51,616 nucleotides of DNA from Octopus sinensis (GCF_006345805.1 NW_021835814.1:1-51616), one strand, 5' to 3'; counted from the stretch's first letter, positions 35,411-47,872 are shown. Notes: a model not told the origin generated them from the letters alone. Made by a program: numbers and translations.

Positions 35411-36483
35411 TAGGAAGGTGAATAAATAGACAGATTGCTGGGTAGGAAGATGACGAGATATATAGATCGGCGACTGGATCGAGCCACATTTAGCGAAAGA
35501 GAAAAAGAAAGAGAAGTAGAAAGGGTGATAGAGAGAGGGAGGGGAAAAGTGATAGAAGGAGAGATTAGGTGAGAGTGTAAGTGTAACTATGAAATCATCG
35601 TGATGTCCCTTTTGAAATATAAATAAATAAATAAATGAATGAATAAATGAATAAATATATAAATAAGTGGACAAACAAATGTAAAAAGCTTTCAGTGCGA
35701 TTAGATAACATCACGTGACAAAGTGTGGTGAGGCAGAGCGAGCGTATCGTGCGTCCGTTGACAAATCAATCCTGCATCTCAGAGTCATGATTCTACTCAA
35801 CATATGCTCTTCTAATATTTGTAATGCAATGCTGGAACCAGGAAGAAATAAATATACAAACGGCAACAGATTGCATTGAGTTTGGTAACCAACACGAAAT
35901 CGAGAAATATTCTATCGAACAGAAGAAAAAGAGAGAAAATAGAAACATAAAAATGGAACATTAAATGTATAAAGCAAAAGAGTGTCAATAAATAGACGTG
36001 CTAATAATATCGGAATTGTATTATTTGTCACGTTTTAAACTTCGGATATTCGTGGTCAAATTGCGAAGGTTGAACTTTTGAAAAGAGATTAGATACTTTG
36101 GTGGTGAAGATATATCGCGTATATCAATGTTGTTTTAGAAATATTCTACTAAAAATATTAATGGTTGTTTCTCACAGGTGTTTATATTTAACGAAGGGTT
36201 TTGCTGGATTAAATCAACCCCAACAATTGACTCCCACTTATATCCTTTTCCTCTTTTTTTTCTTTAGATCCCTGTTTTAAAATAAAATTCGTGAAGCAAT
36301 TGTGGAGGTTGGTTCGGACGAGAGTGTTTCGTAGATGTCAGAGTGTGTTCTGTTCAGTTTTGTTTTAAATAGTTAACTCTTGTTGATGTCCTTGTTTTAC
36401 CTCTTGTTAAACCTGGCTGAGTAAATCAATGATGGAAAGCGCTTCAGTTATGACATTCACATCTCTTGTTTTAAAGTCACTGT

Positions 36484-36590
36484 CTTCTTCTTCTTCTTCT
36501 TCTTCTTCTTCTTCTTCTTCTTCTTCTTCTTCTTCTTCTTCTTCTTCTTCTTCTTCTTCTTCTTCTTCTTCTTCTTCTTCTTCTTCTTCC
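36484..36590. repeat. Perfect (CTT)n microsatellite
   Basis: Directly visible. Confidence 0.97.
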
Positions 36591-36789
36591 AATCATGATT
36601 CACGCCGTTAGCCACAAAGAATGATCTTTAATTCGAGCCTACTCTAAGCTACTAAGAATGCGTGTGGCAATTTGAAGATCCACCCACCACACGCGATAGA
36701 CTGGCGGTTGCACGGGCACGAAAGCTACGTCGTTATCCTCATTCCGTAAACGGTGGCTTTTAACGGGTGGTGGGCTGAATCATCCTGGG

Positions 36790-37050
36790 GTACCGATATT
36801 TTAAAGCCTGGTACGTATTTCGTTTGATCCTTTTAGCCGAACCTCCAAGTTATGGGAACGTAAACACAACAGCACCGGTTGTTAAACAGTAGAGGGGGTA
36901 CAAACATAGACACAACGATACACACACACATACACACACACGTATACGACGGGCAGGCTTCTTTCGTGTTTCTGCTTTGGTTGGCACAGAGCTATAATAG
37001 AACCCGTAACCATGTAGTTGGGAAACAATATTCTTACCACACAGCCACCT
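36790..37050 (-). mobile_element. Decayed CORE-like SINE with family-C tail
   Basis: aagcctggtac..ttttagccgaacc..gtatacgacgggcaggcttctttc..aaccatgtagttgggaaac..ttaccacacagcc. Confidence 0.7.
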
Positions 37051-38754
37051 AGATACGTATAAATTATAATACTGTACACTATTTCGTAGCCGAAATACTG
37101 TGTGAGGGCAAAAGTGTTGAAGGCCGTGAGATGGAGTGACTGTAGACATTCCTGTTTGGTAGATTTAATCTATCAGACGATTTGACACAATCAGCTGGCC
37201 ACTGGGTGTCTTTTGTGATATCAAATATATTGAAAACCTTCACATTAAGCTCCAGGATTGATAACCATTCACTCTCACCCTTTCTCCGGCCAACCTTAGA
37301 CGAATTGGCAAAGTTTACGGATTCTAACCTTTCTCCTCTGTCTGTGAAAGTGAATAAGACAGAAATAAATTCCATTGATTTCTTATCGAATTTGACGACA
37401 ACCAATTGGTAAGCTGTCATTTTATAACTGGAGATTTCTATAATAGATATTATGCTTTTTCAGTTTTTTTACCACTTTTAATAAATTATTTATTCCTTCT
37501 AAAATAAAAGTAAACACAGGCAAATACTTTTCTCTCCATAGGTCACATGTCCAGTTGTCTATTATATTACATATAGAGTTCACTAACCATTTTATGATAC
37601 ATACATACATGCTTGCATGCTGACAGGTACAATCTGTCAGTCATTGTTGTGTGGAAGCATAAGGAAAAAGTATGCTCTGTTTTGGAAATCAGCGGCCATC
37701 TGAACCACTATGTGACCAGAAAATGTAGGAGAAAATCTCTATGCTCTATGGATGTGAAATTCGCAAATCCAGTACCCGAGATACCCTTTGAGTTTCGTAG
37801 CTGTTATTATTGGAACAATGAGATACGTGCCAAACAGTTTGGAGCAAAATATGTTTGAACTTAGAAATTTGTAGATGGAATACAATGCCTTAATCAATAC
37901 GTTTCAAATGATCCCGATGTCTGGAACAATAAGAGTCTCCAAGATCTTCTTAATATTCTATGGATGAGGGCAAGAGATTCATGCCTTCAGAACCTTTATT
38001 CGAAACAGAGTGGACGGTCAAAATTAAATCTGAATCAAAACGAGAGCATGAAAACATGTATAGATACATAAATACATACATACATACATACAAGCATAGA
38101 TATATATATACATGATGGCTACCCCCTCGTTATCGAGTATGGCCATTGCACAAAGCTTAACTGTTACTGGTGCTGTGATCGAATGTGACCTTTTAACCCA
38201 GCTAAAGATCTACAATGTACACAGAATTGGCAGCTAAAACCAATATATACATACATATATACATACAAGCGTAGATACATATATACATACACACGGACAC
38301 AAACGTACGTGAATTGACATGGATGGGTGGGAATGTGGTATACGAGGTAAGTCGAGGTACGTAAATGAAAAGTCAATATATTTGTTAACTGACAATTCCA
38401 ATGTTTCAGCAATTAACAGCTTCTCTCCGTTTGGGAATCTTCAGGCTAAAATGCTTTTCAAATGAAGTTTGTATTATACTTGTCACAAAAATGTGCGATG
38501 TATGTATGGGGACGAACGTAGGAATGCGTGTGTGCGTATGTGAGTGCGAGCGTGTGTGGTGTTTTTCCCCAGGTTGTTAGTTTGCTTGCTTTTAAATAAT
38601 GGGAGCAAGTCTGATACGTGTGGGTGAGAGTTCTATGTGAGTTTTTTATAAAATAAAACGAAACCAATTCCACACATAAGCACATCCCTTCTACGAAATA
38701 ATTTACTCAAAAACACGGTAATTGCCTTATTTTCAGACTTACAATCTCGCAGAC

Positions 38755-39110
38755 CTATGAACGCTTTGCAGTATTTTTCAATATTTTACGTTTTGAGTTC
38801 AAATTCCATCGCGATCGACTTAACCTGTCCTCATACAGGGCTTGATAAAACCAAGTACCGCCCAAGTACAGGAGGTGATGTGTTCTTCTAACACTCTCCT
38901 CTCAATATTGCTGACGAAAGTGTGAAACAATTCCCACTCTCGTCAGGTAGGCACAGGCGTGGGTGAAAGGTAAGAGGTTTGCTTGGCAACCACAAGGTTC
39001 AAGGTTCAGTCTCCCTGCCTGATACCTTGAGCAAGTCACATCTAGAATAGCTTCGGGCAGATTAAAGATTAAAGCCATTTGAATGGACTTGGTGGAAGAA
39101 AAATGGAAAA
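38755..39110 (+). mobile_element. Decayed family-A SINE (~38755-38935) followed by a CORE-like SINE (~38950-39110)
   Basis: ttttgagttcaaattcc..gataaaaccaagtacc, then ggtaagaggtttgcttggcaaccacaaggttcaaggttcagtc..accttgagcaagt. Confidence 0.65.
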
Positions 39111-39129
39111 ATTAATGTCATATATATAT

Positions 39130-39212
<83 letters not shown>

Positions 39213-39234
39213 GTATAATATATATATATATATG

Positions 39235-39293
<59 letters not shown>

Positions 39294-39295
39294 TA

Positions 39296-40175
39296 TTAGG
39301 TTGGCAACTAAGTTCCCACCGTTTTTTTTTTATTAAAATTTTAAAAAACGTTTATTAAAAAAATAAGTAATCAATCAATAATGTATTCACCCTTGGTGTT
39401 CACAATTTCTTTCCAACGTTCAGCAAGATTTTCAATATCTCGTTGGTAGAAATCACCCGATTTCGACTTGAAAAATTGATCCAACCAAGCTCTCAATTCT
39501 GCATCAGTATTGAACGAAACACCGAGCATAGCATTTGAAAGAGATCGAAAGAGGTGGAAATCCGTTGGTGTCAAATTAGAAGAGTACAGCGGGTGTAGGG
39601 GCACTTCCCAGCCATGCATTTCAATGGCTTTCTTGGTCATATTAGCGATATGTGGGCGGACGTTGTCGTGCAGCAGAAGAACTCCATACTGCCGATTAGG
39701 TCTTTTCTCTTGAATAGCCATGTTGAGTCATACCATCCATTAAACATACCATTCCACTTTGACCGTTTGGTTCCGTTCAAGCAATTTGTAATGGATAACC
39801 CCTTCCTTGTTTCACGATTGTTTACCGGGACTAAGCCATTCCTTACGCCGCTTCATATTGATTTATTTCTTTTACTACCCACAAGGGACTAAACACAGAG
39901 GAGACAAACAAGGACAGACAAACGGATTAAGTCGATTACATCGACCCTAGTGCGTAACTGCTACTTAATTTATCGACCCCGAAAGGATGAAAGGCAAAGT
40001 CGACCTCGGCGGAATTTGAACTCAGAACGTAACGGCAGACAAAATACGGCTACGCTTTTCGATCGGCGTGCTAACGATTCTGCCAGCTCGGCGCCTTCAT
40101 ATTGATTTATTGTCACCATTTTTCGTCGCCAGTAACGATTCAGTAAAGAAATCGTTGCTTGTATCCATGAGTTGA
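39296..40175 (-). mobile_element. Mariner DD34D transposon 3' half, same family as 20443-21341, interrupted by a SINE
   Basis: TIR TA-ttaggttggcaactaagtt at 39294. ORF 39371-39721 has LLHDNVRPH..YSSNLTPTDFHLF (34 residues D to D) and ends GEYIID. 40096-40175 matches 21030-21100 in reverse. Confidence 0.93.
39868..40095 (-). mobile_element. Full-length family-A SINE nested in the mariner, 16-bp TSD
   Basis: TSD ttcatattgatttatt at 39852-39867 and 40096-40111. Confidence 0.95.
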
Positions 40176-40339
40176 GTGGTGTCTGTCTATCTATCTGTCT
40201 GTTAGTCTGTCTGTCTGTCTATCTCTTTATCTATCAATCAATCTGTGTGCCTGTCTATCTATTTATCTTTCTATGTGTCTATATAGCTATCTATGAGTCT
40301 GTTTCTCAGTGTCTCAGTACATATATACACCAAAAAAAT

Positions 40340-40470
40340 GTTGTTCCATGCCGTTTCCTTCGGCCAAATTCATTCAGAAGGCATTGGTCAGTCCGAGAAT
40401 ATAGTACAAGACAATTGCCCAATATACCGCGAAGTGGGACCGAACCAGAATTTACAAGTTTCGGAAGGGA
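40340..40470 (-). mobile_element. Decayed CORE-like SINE
   Basis: cattggtcagtccgagaatatagtacaagacaattgccc..cgaagtgggaccgaacc. Confidence 0.7.
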
Positions 40471-41079
40471 ACTCCTTAACCTCAAGGTCATTCCTAATTT
40501 CTACCCTGTCAGGGAATCGTATATTTGTGCGTATCACGGGTGTAGGATGTATTTATATAGGAATATACACTCATACATAAATTTTAATCAGTTTTCAATT
40601 CTCCGTTCTATTTTTAATGTGTCAGATTTTCTTCCATTTTCTTTTCATATATATATATCTGTATGTGTATACGTGTGTGTATGTGTGTGTGCGTGCGTAT
40701 TTCTATATTTCGGCACGTGTGTTTGGCTCTTTGACTAAACACTTCGTGATAATGTTTAAGATCAACTATTGCAGGGAAAGGAACTGGCGTTGATAGGTTC
40801 TTGATATTTGATAGAATGCCCAATAATAGATAAGTTATTGCCAAATGGGAAAGGACACTTGATTAAAATAAAACAAGAATAAGATTTACAAGCAAGTCTA
40901 CTGTGGACCTCTGCTACCGTTACAGTATCTGGTGTGAACTGGTATTTCAATATAGCGTTGTGTAACGTGATGTGCTTTGCAATGTAGCGTGATGTGGTGC
41001 AACATCGTACACGTGTATGGCTGTGTGGTGTTCATGTGGTGAAGTGTGCTTCTGGTGTAATCATGTATATGTAAGATAT

Positions 41080-43030
41080 TGGTTTCAAGTTTTGGAACAA
41101 GGCCAGTCATTTCGGAAGAGGGGTTAAGTCGATTATATAGACCCCCAGTTAACAACTGGTACTTTTGTATCGACTTCGAAATGATAGAAGACAAAGGCAA
41201 GTTCCGCAGATTTTGAAGAATGTGAAGACGGACGAACTGTAGCTGAGTTTTTTGTCCGGTGTGCTAACAATTCTACCAACTCGCTGCCATCAATGTTGAA
41301 ATGAATACTGGCACAAGGCCAGCAATTTTTTTTTGAGGGGGGAGTAAGTCAATTACCTTGCACCCTAGAGTTCAACTGGTAGGGATAAAATAGAAAGGCG
41401 ACGTCGGTAGAATTTGAACTTAGATCATAAGATGGAGAGTGTCCAGCTAAGCATTTTGTCCTACCTGTTAATGATTCTTTCAGCTTGTGGCATGTCTCTT
41501 AAATTTGATACAAGGTTAAGAGAAAGGCCACAAGCTGAAAGAATCACTTTGACACAAGGCAGCAGTTTGGGGGAAGAGTGTATGTGAGTTGTATCGACCC
41601 CAGTAAGCAACAGGGGAAAGGACGAAAGGTAACGCAGACTTCGGTGGAATTAGAACACCGAACGTGAAAACGAACGAAATGCTGCTAATAATTTCACCCG
41701 GTTTATTGACTATTCTACCCCACCACTGCTTGAAAGTCTATGTAATATATCAGGGTGTGGTGTGTTGCGATGATGCAGAGAGTGAAGGAAATGTGGGATC
41801 ATGCGTTTGTGTTATTGGGTCGTGAATTACGATGTTTTGTGTTTATAGTAGTGAGTTGTTGTGTAAAGCCGTGTGGTTCCCGTGCGGTTGTATTGTGTGT
41901 TTTGACAAAATAGGTAGCCGAGTGTTTGTGGTGCTGAATTAAGGAGTTTACTACCCTCTTATTACGATAGCCTGAAATTTTACATGAGGGAACTAATCGA
42001 TTACATTGATCCCGGAGCATGACTGATACTTATTTTATCGCCCTCGAAAGGATAAAAGGCGAAGGCGACCTCGGTGGGATTAGAACACAGAACGTAATGA
42101 CGAACGGAATGCTTCAAACAATTTTCTCTGGCGCGCTAACGATTCTGCCAGTTCACCACTTTATAATGGAGGTGGGGCAGAATCGTTTGCTGCGAGGTAT
42201 TGTTTAATGTGGTGAAGTGTGCTCTACGTTTCTGGTGTAGTGTTGTGTGATGAAGTTTGCCGTCTCGTGATTGTGGAGTTGTGTGATTTCAACGTTGTGT
42301 GTGTTGAGACGATCGCAGTGTATGTCTGTAGTGTTCTGTAATGTATTGCAAATTTGTTTTGCAGAGATGTTTACCGAGAGATGAAACATTCTGTTGTTAG
42401 TGGTAGGGTGGGTATAATCAAATGTGTGGTTGTCTGATTGTGCTCTGTCACAATGAAGTCCGATGTCCTGTGTTCACGTTGTTACGTTGTAATGCTGTAT
42501 GGCTTGCCGTGACAGGGTGTGTTCTGGTGTTTCTTGTATATATCGCTTTTGCGTCGGGTAATATGATGCTGACTTCTTGCATTCTCCTGTAAGGTATGAT
42601 ATGGTCTGGTGCTATAATAACCTTTCTACTATAGACACAAAGCTTGTAATGTTTTAGTGGGTGGAGCTAGTCCATTATAACGACCCTAGTATTCAACTGG
42701 TAATTATTTCATTGGTGGAGGCGCGTGGCTTAGTGGTTAGGGTGTCAGAATCATGATCGTAAGATTGTGGTTTCGATTCCTGGACCGGGCGACGCATTGT
42801 GCTCTTGAACAAAACACTTCATTTCACGTTGCTCCAGTCCACTCAGCCGGCAAAATATGAGTAACGCTGCGATGGACTGGCGTCCCGTCCAGCTGGGGAA
42901 CACATACGCCATACAAACCGGGAAACCGGACCCATGAGCCTGGGTAGGCTTTAAAAAGGGTGCATTTATTATTATTTTTCTTACTATTTCATTGACCCGA
43001 AAGGCTGAACGGAAAACTAAAAGTCATCAA
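41080..43030 (-). mobile_element. Cluster of five decayed family-A SINEs (~41080-41290, 41305-41495, 41545-41720, 41960-42165, 42630-43030) in GTGTT-like low-complexity DNA
   Basis: Each copy has variants of aaggccagc..gtcgatta..gacccc..actggtact..gaaagg..gaactcagaacgt..gctaac.attct.cc. Confidence 0.8.
42715..42984 (+). mobile_element. Full-length tRNA SINE, head B + tail Y, nested in a family-A SINE, 10-bp TSD
   Basis: gtggaggcgcgtggcttagtggttagg..gtttcgattcc..gcgatggactggcgtcccgtccag. TSD tatttcattg at 42705-42714 and 42985-42994. Confidence 0.92.
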
Positions 43031-43446
43031 AAATGTTTGTGCTATAATAATGTCTTGTATTGTATGTTATGTGTGCCGTGATGTTGTATGTGCTGACGGT
43101 GTTTATTAAAGTGCTGTGATATAGCGAGGTGTAATGTAGTGCGATTTGTTGTGATCTGTTGCAATGTGTTGTGCAGAAGTGTTTGTGTTCGCTGTTGTAG
43201 TATAAGGCCGTGCTGTGCTATTCTCTGTTGCGTTGTGTGATGAGATGTATTGCACAATGTGTGAGTGGGTAATGTGTATGGGTAGTGAAATGAATGCTGT
43301 AGAGCGGCGCTGAGTGTTGTGCTGTGATCGGCTTGTGTTCTGTATTGTAGAGCCTGTTGTTGTGTGGATTTCTTTAATTTTAGATGTTTCAAGTAGAATT
43401 TTTCGTTCGATATTTTCCGAAACATTCTCTCAACAATCTTACGTTC

Positions 43447-43670
43447 ATACATACATACATACATACATACATACATACATAGGTACATACATACATACAC
43501 ATACATACATACATACATACATACATACATACATACATACATACATACGTTCATACATACATACACATACATACATACATACATACATGCATACATACAC
43601 ACATACACGCATACATACATACGTACGTACGTACATACATACATACATACATACATACATACATAAATGC
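43447..43670. repeat. (ACAT)n microsatellite
   Basis: Directly visible. Confidence 0.95.
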
Positions 43671-44559
43671 ATATATGTATACTTATACATACATGCATAA
43701 ATACACTTATACATATATACATACTCTTATATACATACACACATGCAAGCATGCATACATACACACATATATATATATACATGCATGCTCACATACGTAC
43801 ATAAACATGGCGCACTTCACTGTATCTCGCGTCTTTGACACATACGTACGTAACATATTATACACACACATACACATATGTATAAAATAAAATACATACT
43901 TAGCTAACAAATATGCATACGTAACATAACATCCATACATAGTTACATGCATATATAATTACATGTATATCTGATTACATGCTTCCATACATAGTGTCAT
44001 ATATATATACACACACTTAACACAATACACTTACAAACGCAGACTTTGCTATAATTATATACAAGATCTGATGGGAAACATATAGTCTTGGTAGTTTTTA
44101 TATTAAACTTATTTTATTTCAGTCTGTTTTATGTTTTATTTCATTAATTTCGTATTAAAATAAATTACATGCGATGAGTTGTATCTAATTTCGTATAACA
44201 TTAAAGACACAGTTTCGTATCACATAACATACAGAATCGAGATTGTGGAAGTGGTTGGCAACAAGACGAGAGAGTCTCAGTAAATAGCCAAACGAAATGA
44301 AAATATTGTTGTTCTTATTGTTAAGACCAGGTTGGTGCTGATCTCGTGCAGACCTAACCATGACCTTCTCATCTATTCCTATAATAAATATCCCGGCACG
44401 ACTTTATCTGACCTGTACTTTTATAAAACGTCGGGGGTAAGGTGTAAGTGAGATTTTATTATTTCTAGCAACTCAAGCGACTTCGTAGAGGCACATTCGC
44501 TGGGAACTATGGAATGACAAACTGGCAATAAGCTGAATACACTTGGTTTGAGGCACGTG

Positions 44560-44680
44560 GGATGCTACCTGGTTGCGCTCTCTACGCGGCACCTTGCGCA
44601 AGTGTCTTCTGATATAACGTTGGTGTGACAGAAGCTTTGTGAGTGGATTTGGTAGACGGAACCTGTACGAAAATCGTCAC
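44560..44680 (+). mobile_element. Decayed CORE-like SINE
   Basis: gcggcaccttgcgcaagtgtcttct..gctttgtgagtggatttggtagacggaac. Confidence 0.75.
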
Positions 44681-44730
44681 ATATATATTTATATGTGTGT
44701 GTGTGTGTGTGTGTTTGTGTGTATGTGTGC

Positions 44731-44774
<44 letters not shown>

Positions 44775-44777
<3 letters not shown>

Positions 44778-44975
44778 TAATCCAAACATGAAAACACAAA
44801 GAGAAAACACAACAACGCGAGGACGTGGAACAAATATAGTATTATTGGACGCTCAGGAAAGAAGGAAAGAAGGAGGGTTTAACGTTTCGAGCGGAGCTCT
44901 TTGTCGGAAACATAGGAGAAGGAAAGACAGAGGAAAAAAATCGCCAACGGTACACACGAGGTCACAAGCAATAAT
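44775..44975 (-). mobile_element. Penelope-like terminal repeat with hammerhead-like motif (44877-44911)
   Basis: The reverse complement is nearly identical to 15070-15242. Motif gttt-CCGACAA-a-gagc-tcc-gctc-GAAA-cg-tt-aaac. Confidence 0.65.
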
Positions 44976-44985
44976 AAATCTCTAA

Positions 44986-45507
44986 GTGAGGTATAAACTG
45001 TGGCTGCACGACAGTGTGAAGTATATCTGCCTCAAAAACACTACCATAAAAATTTCCTGGACCGGACTATGCACACACCCATATATACATGCGCGTGCGC
45101 GTATGGATAAGACTAGATTATTTAATATAGTATTTTTCCAGGATATGAAATTGCTTCGATTTGTGAGACTCCTGGAAAAATTCAAGAACATCGAGAAACT
45201 CTTCTCTCGTGTCATGACTACTCCCAATTCCGCTCTGGCCCGGGATGGAACCAGTCATCATTGGGCCCCAATAAAAGAAGATGCTTCTGTAACTAAGGTG
45301 TACAGGTCGGGATGGCGTCCAGATATTTGTCCCATTGGCAGAACCCCATCACTGTGTACGAAGGTTCAAGTCACTTGGGAACCACTCCCATGGCCGAGGG
45401 TTAAGAAGGCCCTCCGTCTGAAAGGAAGCTTGTGGAAGCTGGAGGTGATGAGAGTGAACAGTAAATTAAGAGGCAGAAGTCGCTGCTTTGCCTTTCCCAA
45501 GAAATAG
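44986..45507 (+). other. 173-codon ORF in a GC-richer non-repetitive island (exon or decayed retroelement; unresolved)
   Basis: Longest non-microsatellite, non-transposase ORF in the window. Possible acceptor ttttccag near 45140. No recognisable domain. Confidence 0.25.
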
Positions 45508-46261
45508 GAATCTTCAGGAATTTCCACGGAGCACCATCACCAGTAGGCATGACACATGAAAAGAGAGAAAGGCAAGAGACTTGAGAGAGAGGGAAAGAAA
45601 AAATTAAGGAATGAGAGAGAGAGGCAGAGAAAAATAAAGAGAGAGGGAGAGAGGGAGAGAAGAGTGATCATGCCTTTGAAATTTCACAGCCTGACCAAAA
45701 TATTCCCATCGAATGTGACTAAATAAGGCTCATTTTAAAATCTAGTTCTCCCCTAAAGATCCACAATCTTATTCTTCCAGAATTGCAATTCTTGGATTCT
45801 ATTGGTGAAGAAGCTTTAGTCAAAACACTGTTGGTCCAAAAACAATTTTCTCCCTGCGGTACTGATTCGTGTTTAAAACGATGGAGTTTGAGTGAGATTT
45901 ACCTGCTATTTCTAGCAACTCAGTTATGCATTTCTCCCTCCGTTGCTCTAGATTACAGAAGGCAACAAATAGCAACGCATTGGTTGTCTCTGATAAATTC
46001 ATGCATAAAAAGAAAAAAACTTGATGAACAATCGATTTTTGGTGGTGAATAAATGTGTCTATGTAATATGTTCAATAATGTTATGTAATAAGTTAAGTAA
46101 ACATTTATTCATAGCTAAAATAAATTCCATGTTGAAAAACAAGGATTTTGGCTGAGTTGCCAAAGAAGCAATGAATTTATAATTCTTGTTTTTCTTCCAC
46201 ATTCATGGCGGTCCTCTTGACTATTTCTTGAAGAGAAAGTAGCGTCGAAGAATTAATCTTT

Positions 46262-46450
46262 GACATGATTCAGTCCTTAGACTACGGCCATGCTGGGGCA
46301 CCACGTTGACGAACTTTTAGTCGATTGAACCAATTCTTGTAATATTTTTTTGCAAGCCTGCTACTTATTATATCGTCTCGTTTGCCGAACTGCAAAGTTA
46401 CAGCAATGTAAACACACCAGCGCTGGGTCACAAACAGGGGTGGGGGTACT
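46262..46450 (-). mobile_element. Family-C SINE tail
   Basis: ggccatgctggggcaccacgttg..ttagtcgatt..gcctgctacttatt..tttgccgaac. Confidence 0.65.
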
Positions 46451-46773
46451 AACATATACACAAAGACACAGACAAACACACAGATATGTGTCAGGCGGTT
46501 TAGATTAAATGGTAAAGCATTCCAACCGGATATTGGAAGGATGTGAGTTCGACCTTAAATCTGACTGCCGACAAAGTTTTCTGCTTGTCTTTTTAAAAAG
46601 AAAAGGATGCTATCCTTTATATATATATGTATTTATATATTATTATTATTATTATTATTTTGCCCATTACTCAATCATCGTTATATTTCATGTAATTATA
46701 TTATATGTAATTTTCAAGATGGTGTATTTTAATTTTTCATGTTGAATTGATAAAAGGTGTTTTTTTCTAATTT

Positions 46774-46829
<56 letters not shown>

Positions 46830-47628
46830 TGTGAAATTTGATTTAGTATTTCTAATTTGAATTTTTCCCTGTAAATTTGGAATAATATTCCCACATAATA
46901 TTATATATATCTTTTTTTTCGGCCTTATGAGTGGTTCACAAGTTACCAGATCCTTCGGGGACACACACATACACACACACAAACACACACACACATACTA
47001 CGGGCGTCCTTCAGTTTCCATTACCAACCCCACTCATAAGGCTTTGGTCGGCCCGGAAATATCAATCAATCTCACGGTCAAACAAATCCCAATATCCAAC
47101 AAGCTACATGAATAGATTATGTTCCGAACTCAGAATGATGAAAGCCAAGACCGAAAAATTAAAAAGAAAAAAATAATGTCAGTGTCTGGGACCATTTTGA
47201 TTTAACGATTCCGCCAGTTCCACACTGCAAATTCTGCGATATACGTAATCATACGTATCTTAATGGCATTTGTATTTTCATAACCCAGACTGGATTGGCT
47301 AAACTGTTACTATTGCTAATCGCACTGTCTCGTATCAATATGGATATAAAATGTTGCTGTTCACAATCTTTGCCTATCAGTTCTTCTGCGCAGTAGTTGT
47401 TTATTTTTTTTCGCTAAGTTAACCTCAGTAGTCTGGAAAGACAGAGATAAATGATCGCTGATTAGTCTTTAATGAGACACGAAACTTGTCATTTCACTAT
47501 CCATTACAGACTACCAAAATACTTGGGTTTTTTTAAAAAATAAGACGCATCTAAAAGTGAGACAAACAGGTTTATTTTATATACACATACATACACATTT
47601 ACAAAAACATTCAGACATGCATACGTAC

Positions 47629-47662
<34 letters not shown>

Positions 47663-47770
47663 GCTTAGTATATATATGTATATATATATCTGTTTATGTA
47701 TATATATATAATATATATAGTATATATATATATATAATATATATATATAATATATATATAATGTATAATA

Positions 47771-47825
<55 letters not shown>

Positions 47826-47840
47826 GATATATATATTATT

Positions 47841-47872
<32 letters not shown>

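Noticed and set aside
37620-38010. TIR-domain reading of the plus-strand frame (GENL..NS..FEL..IFLIFY)
   Set aside because: Motif spacing is about 10 residues too long at two intervals compared with typical TIR domains. Kept only as a generic coding-like island.
38320-38352. Strong donor GAG|GTAAGT with upstream ATG (MDGWECGIR)
   Set aside because: No acceptor or promoter support, and the context is decayed simple repeat.
38700-38780. Apparent splice signals around ttttcag/acttac
   Set aside because: The adjacent sequence is the decayed head of a family-A SINE.
2130-42165. Recurrent ~30-bp motif gtcgattacatcgaccccagtg resembling CRISPR repeats
   Set aside because: The copies are dispersed parts of SINEs, not a regularly spaced array, and the DNA is eukaryotic.
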